DNA of 64,000 nucleotides from Squalus acanthias (taxonomy: Eukaryota). Numbering within the stretch: position 1 is the first letter of the stretch; every line of letters begins with the position of its first letter. The stretch spans positions 25,236,001 through 25,300,000 of the forward strand of contig CM059432.1 in the NCBI GenBank assembly GCA_030390025.1, given 5' to 3'. Positions 11,225-24,274 of the stretch are shown here, in pieces. The notes below the pieces were generated by a model. It was not told the DNA's origin and made no database searches. It worked only from the letters and a program-made list of their open reading frames with translations. Position numbers and translations under genes: made by a program.

Positions 11225-13002
11225 CATGTCTCCTTGTTCTAAGTTTAACATAAAACTATTTTACGGCAGGTATTTCTTTCACTTGATGTCATTTTTTCAA
11301 AGGCACTTGGTTTTTTTAATGTTCTGTGCACCTGTTCGACGTGTTAGATTTTGACACTTCACTTGGGTCATTCCATTGTGTTGGTTCCAATGTTCAGACA
11401 TAGAGGAACCTCCAGCCTGCTGTTTCAATAGGGCCATGTCTTTGTATTTACAAACATTTCCCATTTCAAAGCTTGTGGTGTTTTACAGCTTTGTGTTAAC
11501 AAACCATCTTATCTCAGAAGCCTGTATTTCTGTTTTACGGCTTGTGTCGTTGAGGCTTTTAGATTTTTAACCCCAGTTTGTCATGTTTCAATATTATCAA
11601 ATCTGTTTATAGGATGATGTATTTCTTGGAATATGGCTATTTCCTTCACAACCTGACTTTCTTCAAAGGTTTCAGACAGAGGTTCTCTGATTTGATTAAA
11701 ACAGGCTAACAAATATCTTTAATCTTGGGATCAATTAGATTTAAATAACTGTCTGTTAATCGTAAAAAGGAAATTTGTCAAAGAGACACATATTTGAACA
11801 AACTCTAAAAGATGTTTGTATTTGAATTGATTGGCTTGGCCCCTCCCTCAGATTTCAGACACTGACAAATTCACTTATGATCTGTAACAATTCTATGAAG
11901 TTATGATTCTGCAAATTTGACTTTTAAACCCTTATTTCCCATAACAAAATGAAAGATGCCAATACAATGCTAATCAGTATAAAATTGCTTCACTTTTGTC
12001 ACATTCTCTTCCTGAGACTTGTTTCAAGGCCAATATTTTAGCATTTAAAGAAAAATAAAATGCTTTATCTCAGGTCACTTAAAAAATGTGACAGTCAATA
12101 AGTAATGACTACAGGTGATTTTAAGTTGTTTTCAATGTTCAAAGAGAAGCTTTTTTGAAATTGCTAATGTGTTTGCATAAAAATATGGAAAAATACATGT
12201 CCATGAATTTGTTGTGATTTCCGTCACTTTTGACATTTGTTTTACTGCAATTACACCATGATTTTCCCCAAAATTTACTCTGAAAAGATTTAGCCCTAAC
12301 CATGAGAGGTCAAAGGAACTAGACTGCTGGTGGCACAGAATGCGACACTGGGCCTGGCCAGATGGATGAAACTGGTATTTTCTGTTCTACACACTCGTAT
12401 GTTCACATGACACTGGTGTAGTAGTAGTGCTGCTTTTCTAAGCTCATAGTTAAAGGGCATGTTGTCAAGTCTTCTAACCTGTTATTTTATCTGAAAGCAC
12501 TGGTAATCTTCCCATTTCAAGTTTGTAGCTAATGTATTATTTTCTCTCTACGATGGATTTTCCTGTGCTACTTTTCTTTTCTTTGTGAGCTCATGAAAAT
12601 TTGGGATGATAGCATTCTCATACTTTGCTAAATAATAAAGAAACATAATTTGGACGATAGCTCATTAAGCCACAAGTGTTACTTCACTCTGTGCTCTGGT
12701 GTTTACATTCCCATCAAGGTTGCATTTCTACTGTTTGATGTTGGTACCTCTTTTCTCTCTCTGTTGCTACTTCGAATGCTGTCTTTAGGTCTTGCTTTTT
12801 GCTTGTTGGTCTCTTTCTCTCCATCTCCCTAATAGTTTATCGCAGTCTTTCATATTTTCCTCCATTTGCTAATAGCAATAATTCAGTGTGAATGTAAAGT
12901 GGGGAGGTTTGCTTTACAGTCACACTATTGCACTAACATTAGAAACAGAGAAGACTATACCCCTGCCTTTACCTCTTTCTGCATCTGACTAACTGTCTCT
13001 AT

Positions 13003-13653
13003 GGGGTCGATTTTAAGTGCCCCTCGCCAAGCAAGAATGGTGCGTGGGAAGGGTTAAGATCAGGCCGAGTCCACTCCAAGGCCGCACCGTTACGGTCCGG
13101 CAAAGTCTTATCTTCACCGGCTTGAAAGTCGGCCAAGGCTCCCACTGCATCAAAAGAGGGCCTAATTTAAATTTCCAATCCGCGGCCCAATGATGTCATT
13201 GGTGCCAGGACAGCATTATAACATCTGGAATCTGCAGGCCTACTTGAGGCCAAACTCGACAGCTGAACCATGGTAGGAGATGCCGGCTGGCCAGAAGAGG
13301 ACAAGGTAAGTTTAAAAAAATTACTTTTCTGTGAAATCCTTGTGGGCCAGGAGGAGTAGGTGTGCTCCACCCAGGCCCTCCCCAGACCCAGCCTCTCTCT
13401 CTTGCAGGCTGACATTGGCTGTCAAAGCCCTTGCCCATCTCTGAGGTTATGCCGAGGACCATTCCCTTGGGTCCCCAGCGTCCTAAGGCTCCCGCCCTGA
13501 TTTTGTTCCCACTGGCCCTGACATCAGTCCTGCTTGTTTTGGGAGGGAGACTATCATGGATTATTTAAATGAGGCCCGGGGGTTTCCCTCCGGCCCCCCC
13601 CCCCCCCGCCCCCCCCGCCAGTCCCAAACAAGCCTGCCAGGTAACTTGACCCC
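13003..13653. mobile_element. Harbinger-type MITE
   Basis: Ends ggggtcgattt / aacttgacccc, TSD TAT. Confidence 0.75.
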
Positions 13654-14335
13654 TATATCTCTCTCTCTCTCCCTCTCTCTCTGTGCTTCTCTCTCAGTAA
13701 ATATCGCTGTCTGCATCTGCTGCTCTCTGTATCTGCCTCTCTTACTTTCTGCCTTTCTTTGTAACTGCCTCTTGTTGTTGTCTTCTCTCACTTTCTGCCT
13801 CTCTCGGTATCTGCCTTTCTCTGTAGCTCTCTTTCTCCAACTCTTTCTGTCTTTCACTATCTCTGTCTCTTTGCATATCTCGGTGATTCTCTTTCTGAAA
13901 ATGGGAGAGATAGGAAAAAGAGAGAAAACACAAACTGAAAATGCATCAGGTCTGAAATAAAACAGAAAATGCTGCCACAACACAGTAGGGCCGACTTTCC
14001 TGGACCCGCTCTCCAGAAAAATCGGCCCTAGTGGGTCTGCCAGTTTTGAAAAGAGAAAAATACAGACTGTCACTGTGTGTGCAAACCCTTGACTAGCACA
14101 GTGTTCTGACGAGAGGTCCACATCCCAAATGTTAACCCACCACCCCATCTTCTCTGGATCTGCTTCTCTCTCTCTCTCCCTCTCTATTGCTGGCTATCCT
14201 TCTATCTCTTTCTTTGTATCTGCCTTTGTATACCAGGATTTATGTCTGCCTCTCTCTGTATCTCTTTGTATCTTTCTTTCTCTCTCTTTCTGGCTCTTGA
14301 TAACCTGCTTTCCCTATTTATGTGTCTCTGTAGCT
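13654..14335. repeat. CT-rich low-complexity tracts flanking a degenerate Penelope-type hairpin repeat (~13925-14170)
   Basis: (CT)n-like runs. ctgaaataaaacagaaaatgctg and ctgacga motifs resemble 39769-39977. Confidence 0.6.
13987..14029. mobile_element. 43-bp mini-MITE
   Basis: 18-bp TIRs (16/18 match) around a 7-bp spacer, TSD AGT. Confidence 0.65.
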
Positions 14336-15174
14336 GAACAGAGATCATTTTTCCTTAAAATACAGGCATTTTTGCCAGTGGCAAAGTAGCTCACTCCTCT
14401 GTACTATCACCCCTTTTGCTTCACCAATTACTGCTATGCAAAAGCAACCTGCAGCAAAGGACAGACACATCTATACATGGTGCAGGGACTGATATTTAAT
14501 CCCATTACAGTATTTGGGTGTCCAGGTGTTAAAAAAATCTGCCACAATTTCTTCCTTGATTGACAGGAGGCAAATATTTGCAGATCCACATTCTGTCCTT
14601 TTTTGTAGCCACTTTTCAATTCCAAAGTGATTTATCAATTCAAAATCATCTATCTGTCTAGCAGTACTGATTTAAGTGGTATCATCAGTATGATTGCAGC
14701 AATAAAGCTTAAATAACATTTGAAAGTAGAACGATAAGAGCTGGAGCTGCTTCATATCTAATCAGATGACCTTATTCGGATTAGCTAGTTGTCTATAGTA
14801 CCACTGCCACCTCCCATAGACACTGAGAATATGTACCAGGGTGTCCAGTTCCCACGGGTGGTTTCAAGCCACTCACTACCTCTCCCATTGTTTGCCTCCT
14901 CTGTCTCTTCAGACAAAAAACAATGGGCTAATTTTATGCTAAAGACACATCAAAAATCGTGTGAAATTTCTGATGCACTGACTTGTAGAGACTGTGGTTT
15001 CTCAAGTATTTGCTGTCATCCAGTACCTCACACAAGTAGCCATTCTTTATGTGTGAGCCTAGATGATAAGTGCCAGCAGGAAATTCTAACATGTTGGGGG
15101 TGCGGGGGGAACCCAACCAAACCCTATTCCATCCCCAATCGATGCTAACACACGCACACTTTCCAACCAGACTG

Positions 15175-15395
15175 ACAACTTGCATTTATATAGCGTATTA
15201 AAACATCCCAAGACACTTCACAGGAGCGTAATCTGACAAAAAATGTTGACACCAAGCCAAAGAAGGAGGCCTTGGGGAAGGTGACCAAAAGCTTGGTCAG
15301 AGGTAAGTATTAAGGAGCCTCTTAAAGGAGGAGAGAGAGGTGGAGAAGCAGAGACGTTTAGGAAGGGAATTACAGAGCTTAGGTTCTAGGCAGTT
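15175..15395 (-). mobile_element. L2-like LINE 3' fragment
   Basis: Tail ttgcatttatatagcg shared with the DeuSINE tails, followed by typical L2 3' sequence. Confidence 0.55.
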
Positions 15396-16633
15396 GAAGT
15401 ATAAACAAGATGTCAAAGTTATGACCTTCCTGAATGGCTCCGTTCTATATATGGTGTAATGCATTTACTCATGGAGGTTTCTCTCAAAATATGATTTTTT
15501 CTTTATATAACAAAGCTATTTTCCGCAAAGGAAGGCAAGTCACCTCTGATTATCTCCTTTTTTTCACACTTAAGAGAAATCACAACAAACTACCCAGAAA
15601 ATGTACCACCTCATTCGCAAATAGAACTATGAGCGTCAACAATTATTAAATGATTAAAACAAAATTATTAAACTCATTTGAACCAAGAACTCACTTATAG
15701 CAGAAAGGATTTGTGACAAAATATCACTGTTAACCAAAACGAAATGTAATTATGCATTATGTATCACTCTGATCTGGCCTCTAATATATTTGCAATACAC
15801 CATTCAGAATAGTTCATTAAGTGATAATGGTTTCTACAGTAACAATCTATTCTGGCTCAATAGTCATTACATTACTATACTGAGTCATGAGTTTCACAGT
15901 TTCATTAAATATTCCTTAATATATTACTAACTTCTGAAAATGGAACTCATTATTTTAATTATCATACCACTAATTATATCTCTCTCCTGTTAATGAAAAG
16001 TCATTTTTTTCCTGAGTTCCATTAGTCTGTATATTTGCCAGTTAAAGGCTAATGCCCTGAAGTTGTGCTGTGGGATATTAATGCATAAATATTTGCTTGG
16101 ATGTTATGCTGTCAGCAAATTTGGGCCTGGGACCACCAGTAGCACAGGTGGGCTTGAACCAGGAACTCAGGGATTGGCCTCAACATAAGAAATTAGTGCA
16201 GAGTGCCTGTTCTGGATTGCAGTTGGCTGGGTAATCTAGACAGGCAGTAGCTATAAAGGACTGCTGCATGTTATTAAAGTGTGAAGAGATGTGGGGCAAA
16301 CTCCCCCATCTGATGAGGATAAATTGTGTGCACAGCAATGGAGGTTGGCCCTTAGAGCAGGAGGGCACCCACCTGTTAAAACAAGCTGCTCAGATGGAGA
16401 TGGCAGTGAAAGTAAATGCAGTCAGAACTGGAAGAAAAATGTGGAAACTTTTTTCAGGTAGCAGGAGTGCCAAGGTAAGTGTGCCCACCTCTGGATAGAT
16501 TATTGGCGCATTCACAGCACTAACAAAACCTGTGACCCGCCAACACCTCAGGGAACTGGCATGCATAGCATGAAGAAAACCTGCCACCTTTTCTACCCAT
16601 GTATTCATTATAATAAAGCTACAGGACTCACTG

Positions 16634-16805
16634 GGGGTGAAATTGGTCTCCGGTAATAGCGTAAAATGAGCGATAATGAATCGGCAGCACATTTTACACT
16701 CGCCCAATTTTCTGTTCAATTGAAGTCAAATCAGGCTGGGTGTGAAATGGGCTGTCAATTTGTTTTCACCCATTTTGCACTACTGCCAAAGACCAATTTC
16801 ACCCC
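16634..16805. mobile_element. Palindromic ~170-bp MITE
   Basis: TIRs ggggtgaaattggtct / agaccaatttcacccc. The whole element is an imperfect hairpin. A related remnant lies near 52805-52915. Confidence 0.75.
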
Positions 16806-18864
16806 ACGTTCTGTGGAGCACTTAACTTTGTACTGCCAGGCTTAAATGTTGAGAGGTGTCTTCAGAACGAACACTGCCAATGTAGCTGCATTGTAACGGA
16901 CTCACATCTGGATATGTTGTGTGTGCTTTTAGGAGAAAGATGCACATAGCCATTGAGACTAAGCTTACTTAAGTAATAATTTGAATTTATCATCCTTGAG
17001 TCATTTAATATTTTATATCAAGATCCTCCCTTAGCCCGTGCTGGGTTTTTGAAAGAGCTCACTTCTCCGCTCTTTCCCTCATAGCCCAAATATATTGGCA
17101 TCTAACCTCAGTCTGAAGGCATTTCCTCCTAAAACTATTGTAACATGCCTTCCTTTACTCTTTCCAAAGATTAATTTTGCTGGTACCAAGATCCGAGGTA
17201 GTTCACTCAGGCTACTCAACAAACTCGAACTGGCACAAACACCAACACAGAGCCAAGCACCTGGGCACTTGGTGAATTTGAGGCTGGGAGAACTCCAATT
17301 ATAAGTCAGGAGAGGACAAATGGGGTGGCAGCGAGGGCACAGGAATCAGCTGGTGTGGGTTACAGCCACAAGAGTTCATCAGTTTCATGGGCCAGAGATT
17401 GGGTCCCTTACTGAACCTACCTTCAGAAGGGAGTTGGTGGAGGAGCAAAAAGCCTTCAAGACAGCTTTTGACGCTATGCTGAGGATGCTCTGAGGGTTGT
17501 TTCAGAATATGCAGCTGTGCACCTCCAACCCAATTTGCAGCAAAGCAGCATATCCTGTAGTGCATAGCAGCTCCATAGACATCTGCAAACGTAGTTCTCA
17601 AGGATGGAGGGCCCAAGCCCAGACACAATTCTCATGAATGCTATGATCAGGACAATTGGGAACTTGGGCTCCAATCTACAGGAGTCTGTCATTGCCAGAA
17701 TAGGCAGTCTTGGGCATTGGCGTAAAGGATTCTTGATGGCAGGCTTCGCACTTCCCATTGGTGCCCATGTTCTCACATAGATTGCTAATCAGCCTACAGG
17801 AGTGCCCAACAGCTGAGGTGTGGGTAAGAGAAAAAATAGATGAGGTAGCTTCCTCTTGGGGCCACAGCATATCAATCCGACCCTGTCAGCCCATTGAAGT
17901 GTAAATTAACAGGAAGGTGCTAGCCGCCATTACCTTCTTGGACATGGCTCCGGTGTAGCAGGGCTATTGCACGATCCAGCACCCAGAAGCACAGGTCACC
18001 TCCATTCAATGAGGCCCACACTGAACAAAAGGAGCCTGTCGCAATATTTGCTCCTCCAAGTCAGTGAGCTCTGAGTTAAGCAGTAGGAAAAACACACCTT
18101 ATGAGGGTCACTAGAAGAAGCATGGTGGCAGACAGTTATCATAATCATTTTAGGTAATACATTTTGTGCACTTTATTTTAGCCCAGAGAGGAAAAGGCCA
18201 TATTAAGGGCAGGTAAAAATGGTAGTTCAGGTACAATAGATGTGATATACAGCATGGTGTTTACTGTATGTTCCCAGGAACATAACACAAGGTTCTGCAG
18301 TTGTAATTCACCATTCAAATCAAAATTCTGCATAGTGATGAAGTTTCAGTAGAACCTGTTCCTCAAACAGTGCTTTTACCTGGAACTCTAGCCCTGATTT
18401 TAACCCAGGGCAGGAATCGGGCTTGTGGGAGGCAGGGCAGGCAAGAAGCCCCATGACATTTCTGGCATGAGGCTGGGCCGATTTTAACTCCCGGGTCTCA
18501 TTTAAATTTCATCTGCCCGCTTGATCACGTGCAGAAGTGGGCAATCCTCTCACACGACCCGCGCAATTTCCGGTGTGACTCCGAGGCTTACTTAAAGCAG
18601 GGATTCACCTCTTAAAGCGAGATTGCATCTCCTGCTTACATTTTTCATCCAAAAACCTTTCCGGACTTTTTGGCGAGAGTGATGCGTTACAAGGCTGCCC
18701 TCCCGCTATTCTGACGCCTCCTGGAGGTCCTAGTGGAGGAAGTGAGGGCCTGGAGGGGGTAGCTCTTCCCTGCAAGATGACCACAAGGCCATCATAAAGC
18801 AGGCTGGACAGGGCCAGTGCAACCAGCATCACACCCAGAACTTGTGTCCAATTACTACTGCTTT

Positions 18865-19025
18865 CGTATGACGGGAGAAGCTTATCATGGGATGTCTAAT
18901 TTGGCTATCCATTCGATGGCCTCCTGAGATATCAAGAGGAGAAATGAGGTGTCTCCTGCAACAGATCTTAGTGGGCAGGTTGATGTGGTGTTCCATGGTC
19001 TGGGATTCATGGCCACAGTTGCACC
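18865..19025 (-). mobile_element. Vingi/I-group LINE 3' fragment
   Basis: CNCGHESQTMEH resembles the C-terminal zinc-knuckle motif of these LINEs. Confidence 0.5.
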
Positions 19026-19465
19026 TCACAAAAGCAGCAAAGGTGAGTACAGCACCTCACAACACTCCTCTTATCCCACCCCACCACTCTCATAATTCCC
19101 TCCTCTCCACCACATCCTTCACCGTACAATCATAAGAGCACACTAAAGCATCTTTCTTCCTCATTACAAACACACTCACCTCTTCCTATGCTCTCTTCAC
19201 ACCATACACTAACACCATTCTTTTCTCAGATCCTAGCACTCCTCCCAGCAGTCCTTCCTCACATCACATTCCACACTCTTGGCTTTACGATCATCACCTC
19301 CCCATTCTCATTCCATCTTGATTCTTCTCCACCTCTCACCATGTGCACTATATGCACAAGCCCTACACATCTCCACATACCTTTTCAACAGCCACCTGCT
19401 AACATGCACTTGCTGAATCTTCCTTCACCACGTGCACATGCTAAATATTCCCCTCTACTTCTGCA

Positions 19466-19630
19466 GGACAAGACAGCATATAATACAGTGGAGTAGACCA
19501 AAATGGGTGAAGGAGTCTCTAACATCATTGCCCTCACACAGGCATAGCAAGAAGCCCTAGAGATCACTGGGCCAAGCAGGGTCAGGAGCATCAAGGAAGG
19601 AGATGTTGGTGGCTTATCTAAGCAGGGTGT
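19466..19630 (+). pseudogene. Decayed exon of an old Harbinger Myb/SANT-like gene
   Basis: Acceptor ttctgcag, then DKTAYNTVE*TKMGEGVSNIIALTQA*QEALEITG, similar to exon 2 (AKLSHNRR..TGG) at 24796. Confidence 0.45.
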
Positions 19631-19776
19631 CTGCATATTACTTGTATCCTTTTATTCAACTCAGCAGATATGCAACAAACTTAGCAACTTTGACCTACAT
19701 TCGCAAGACTGTCATTTGCTAATGTTCAGCTTTTATCTCCCAGCCTAACTCTGCTCCCTTTTCTCTTTTTTAAGAA

Positions 19777-20935
19777 AGAAGAAAGAAAGAAATTGCATTT
19801 ATATAACACCTTTCACGATCTGAGGGCATCCCAAAATGCTTTACAGCCAATTAAGTACTTTTGAGGTGTAGTCACTGTTGTAATGTAGGAAACGGAGCAG
19901 CCAATTTGTGTACAGCAAGGTCCCACAAACAGCAACATGATATTAACCAATCATTGGGGAAAAAATTGGGTGTAGCCCCTTTTGGGGCACTAACGTCACC
20001 GGGGTGCTAATTTTAGCGCCCCGAAAAATTAGCGCCCCTCCGCCGGAAATTCAGTTGTAGCGCCCCAAGCAGGAGGTGGGGCGCTACTGGAAGCACTCCC
20101 CCTCCTTCTTGGGGCGCTACAACTGAATATCGCGGTGCTACGTGCAACAGCGCCACGCACGTCAGCACATAGCGCTGCGTCATTGCAGGCCTCCTCCCCT
20201 GATTAAAGGAGCGTTCACCGGGGCCCTGCCGGACCACCGGGGAGCGGGGTGCCGGGAAAACAGCCCGGCACCCCGAGGAAAAAAGGGGGCAGGTGCTGGC
20301 AGTTGGCCCAAAGAAAATGGCCGCCCGACACCTGCCCCTTTTACTAACACCACCGCTGCTGCAAAAATGCCACCGTGGCCCTGTCAGACATACCATCCGG
20401 CGATAGGTCAGGCGGCGCAAGCGAAGTTTGCAGCTGGGGCGCTGCGCACAGTGATGATGTCATCGCCGATGGCGTAGCACCGCAGGGTGCTACCGGCTAC
20501 CGCCGCCGCTAACCTCCCGCTGAATTTCGTGGGAGGCGTTAGCGGCACCGCGCCCAGGTGGTAGGGGATTTACGCCCTGTTAGTGCCCCCGAGGGCACTA
20601 ACGAGAGCCGCAAATCAACCCAAGTTTTCCCCCCACGTGCTTTAAGTGTTGCTTGAGGGATAAATATTGGCTAGGATACCGGGGGGAACTCCCATGCTCT
20701 TCTTTGAAATTGTGGTGTGGAATCTTTTACGTCCACCTGAGAGGGCAGACGGGGCCGCGTTTTAACGTCTCATCTGAAAGACAGCACTTCCAACAATGCA
20801 GCGCTCCCACAGTACTGCACTGAATTGTCAGCCTTGATTATGTGCTCAAGTCTCTGGAGTGGGTCTTGAACTCACAGCCTTCCGAGTCAGAGGCGAGAGC
20901 GTGACCGCTGACCCAAGGTGATGCATCAGGATCTC
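19777..20935 (-). mobile_element. Deu-domain SINE interrupted by a MITE
   Basis: Same SINE sequence as 1155-1595, split at ~19955/20634. Confidence 0.8.
19955..20633. mobile_element. GC-rich Harbinger-type MITE
   Basis: Ends ggggaaaaaattggg / ccaagttttccccc, many tagcgcc motifs. Homologous to 37701-38401. Confidence 0.8.
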
Positions 20936-21183
20936 AGACACTTCTTAAATGGGGCAGAAACTCAGCAGATCCAGATTGCACACCAAATTCCTGCCTCTCT
21001 CACAGGTAATCTGCCCAAGTTGCACCCCCTCCCAGGAATCTTTCCCCTCCAGGTTCAATGGGGGAGCTAAGAGTTTCCAGGGGGAACACAAGTGTTTGGG
21101 ATAAATGGGGAAACCGAGCTTCTTGGAGGTAGACTCATATTTTTGACCTTGCAAGCTTTTTAATACCAGCCCCTTTTAAATGA

Positions 21184-21836
21184 TGAAATACATGGAGATC
21201 CTAGGGAGTAACAAATCACTCGTCAGCCTGCAATGAGTGAGAGAAACCAGTTGGGAACTTCGAAAGACCCTGCTTATATACAAAGCTGTTTCTTCGTGCA
21301 CAGGAAACACAAACCACACTAATAAGGAGATTAAAATTTAAATTCCCCAGGGCTCTACCCTATTGATTACAAGTGATGACAACTAACTATGCAACTAGCT
21401 AGGAGTCAAAAGAAGTCATGGTATTTTGTTGATCGATTGCAAGTACAGAATCTCGATCTAGCTCTGCAAGCTGGGGAATTCTACAGTCGCTGGCAGGCTC
21501 CATATTGATTACAAGCAGGAACAAGTGTATACACAAACTCTTCTGAGTCACAGATATTCAGGGATCAAATTAACTGCAAATTTCACACACTGAGATAATC
21601 AATGCGCACAAGCTCTGTAGGACAGTGCTACATAGCCCTTATACCGGGATACGGAACCCATTCCCCCGCCCTCTCCCAGCTCTTCTGATCCTTCTTACCT
21701 GGCATTGGGGAGGAAACAAGTATTGCAGAATTAGAGCCTACATTTTCCGATATGGGTGGCCTGGTTCTGACAACGTCCCAAATTCTGGGGGCATTTGAGT
21801 AATTACGGTGAGAGGCCACACCATTTACACGTAACA
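21184..21836 (-). mobile_element. Possible solo LTR of another retroelement
   Basis: TG...CA ends, imperfect flanks atga/ctga, TATA-like gtataag on the minus strand near 21640, repeated gattacaag motif. Confidence 0.3.
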
Positions 21837-24274
21837 CTGAGCCCCTGGCACTCAGGGGCTCGGGGAGGGGGCGTCAGCACCTTGCCGCTCTGTCTGGGGT
21901 GACGGGGGTGCGGCACAGTCTGGTTTGGCCTAATTCTTGCAATTGAAAAGTTTTGCGTGCAGGCCCATCTATTATTCCTATGCCTCTCTCCTAACGGCAA
22001 CAAAGGAAGGCTCACCGGCAAGAAGGGAAGCCGCAAGGGGTGGGGGTTTTGAGAGGGTCTAGAAGGAGGGAATTGGGGGGGGGGGGGGGGATGCCCGGAG
22101 CATAGGGAGGCCTAAAATTTCCTTATGGGAGCCGGTGGAGCATTCCTACTCCTCTTGTCTCCACAGGGAAAGTAAACAAGAAAGTATCTTAAATGGCCTC
22201 TTGTGGTCCCGGATTCCCTTCCCACTGTCTTCACCGGTTGGCAAAGCCGCAGCGGCTTCTCTGCTCAGGTCGGAGTTCAAATTGCAGTCGGGGCCCAATG
22301 ACGTAATCGCACCCTGAACTGCATATTTAAAGAAGGACCCTGCTGGATTCAGCCAGGTGCCTTTGGCACACGTTCAGAAGAGCTAGTTAAAATCAGGATT
22401 GGCGCATATCAGGGGGGTAATTGGCAGGTAAGTCAGCTGGGGCATTTTAAATATTCACCCGGCCGGTTTCCACTGGGTAGTTAGGGCAAAAATTGCCCCC
22501 AGTGTTTCAGATGCCTTGACAGATTGAGGTGCCTTACAGTGCAACCCAACAGTGTGTCCAAGATCATCATTTGCTGAGCACCTGAGCTGGGCCTCTACAG
22601 AATCGTCCTGTCTACATGCACTCTATCAAGTGGCACAGAACACAAAATTCGGTAGGTTAGCACCCGCCGTTAGCACCTGCAGAGGGCGGTAACAGGGCGC
22701 TGATGAGGTAGAGCCAGGACAAGGCGAATCCTGCGCCACATAGCAAATCCGACCCCAGCCCACCCCGTTGCCCCGCCGGTATGAGGTACCGCCAGGAACT
22801 TCAACGGCAGGCAGATCGTGACGTCAGTGAGTGTGCAACGCTCACTGGGCTCCCGATCTGCAAAATTAATTGTCGCCACTTGCCTTTGCGTCTCAACCAG
22901 GCAGCGACAGGGAGAGCTGGCGTGCAGCTGCAGGAAGTCGGCTTCAATGTCGTTATTTAAAGGCATCAGCATTAATCACTCACAGCTGTCAGGGCAGGTT
23001 AGTTTCAGTGGCTTCTTGTCAGTTTCAGCCAGTGGAGCAGTTTGTATGAGTAATTTCAAGCTTCTTTTTTATCAGCAGTCTACTGGCAAGTGCAAAGTGG
23101 CTACATTTATTGTTCAAAGATTCAAACTGCTACACTTGGCAACATTAATGGGGGCTGTACTGACGCCACCTCACCCTCCAGGATCTATGGCGGAGGGAGC
23201 GTAGGCAGCCAGAAATACGGGAATATGTGCGCAGAGGGATGAGGAGGGACATCAGGGCTCTCACCAGGAGGCCTTACCCTCTGAGGGTATTCCGACAGCA
23301 CCTCTCCTACCTTCAATTAAGCGAGGAGCAGTGTATTAGACGGCTCCGCATCACCAAGGTGGTGGTCACAGAACTCTGCCACTTCCTCCAAACAGACCAC
23401 CAGTCTCACAGCTGGACTTAAACCCCAGATCCCTTTTGCTCACCACATGCCCATCATACCATCGCTGTGTCATGTCATATCACAGTGTCCTCCTGGGCGC
23501 AAAGGTGAAATGAGAGAGACCACAAAATATTACAAACTCCATTAATAAATTTATGCATAAACATATCACACATATTACATTCATTCTAATAACTAATGAT
23601 CCTTGTGCCTGCCATAGTTGAATAGCTGTCATTGTGTGCAAGGCCTGAGATGTGGGTGTGAGTGTTGGTAGGTAGAGATTGTTACTGGCAAGCGCTGGGG
23701 GTGTGATGCTTTGGGCAGTGTGTGAAGTTTATGGTATAGATGGTGGTATGTAACATTTGTTGAAGCATTGAATCATCCTGACCACCCGACTGAGGTGGAT
23801 CTGCCATGAGCACACCTGCTTCAGTCCTCCGGCACCTTCTCCTTGTTGTGCTTCTCCTTACTGAGGCAACTGCACAGCCAGCAATGCTGAGAATGAGGTG
23901 CTGCAGTATCAATGGGGGAGAAATTCAGTATCGCCCCATTTGGGGCGCAATTATCGGCCGGGCGCAAAGATTAACGCCTGGCGCTAATTATCGCCACCGA
24001 TGGCAAACTTGACTTTTAACGCCCCTGGAGGTGATTGGAGCGCTAAATCAGGCACCACACACCTGTCTTAAGGCGCAAAGGCCGAGGAGCGAGGCGCTAA
24101 CTCAGAGCGCGGGCGCAGCGCAGGTGCTGTCAGTTAGCGATGGAACACAGAAACACTGGCGCCGGACAGTTCTTAAAGGGGAGGGTCGATCTTGCACTCC
24201 AGCCACACCCTGCTCATTGGAGCCTTGAATCTCGGCCTGGAGAGACCTGTGCCTAAATCTTCCAGCCAAGGACT

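Larger units (their letters stand above)
6080..11650 (-). mobile_element. Endogenous foamy-like retrovirus, internally deleted, no 3' LTR visible
   Basis: 5' LTR 11650-8841, PBS 8838-8821, gag and pol remnants with spumavirus-type motifs. The 3' boundary is approximate. Confidence 0.9.
8841..11650 (-). repeat. 5' LTR of the foamy-like provirus, interrupted by a CR1 fragment and a MITE
   Basis: Ends TGTGAAGGAA...TCCCTTCA shared with the solo LTR 40971-42110. TATAAAA at 9472-9466 and AATAAA at 9325-9320. Confidence 0.88.

Noticed and set aside
13556..14389. ORFs of 134, 195 and 86 aa
   Set aside because: By-products of CT/GA low-complexity sequence.
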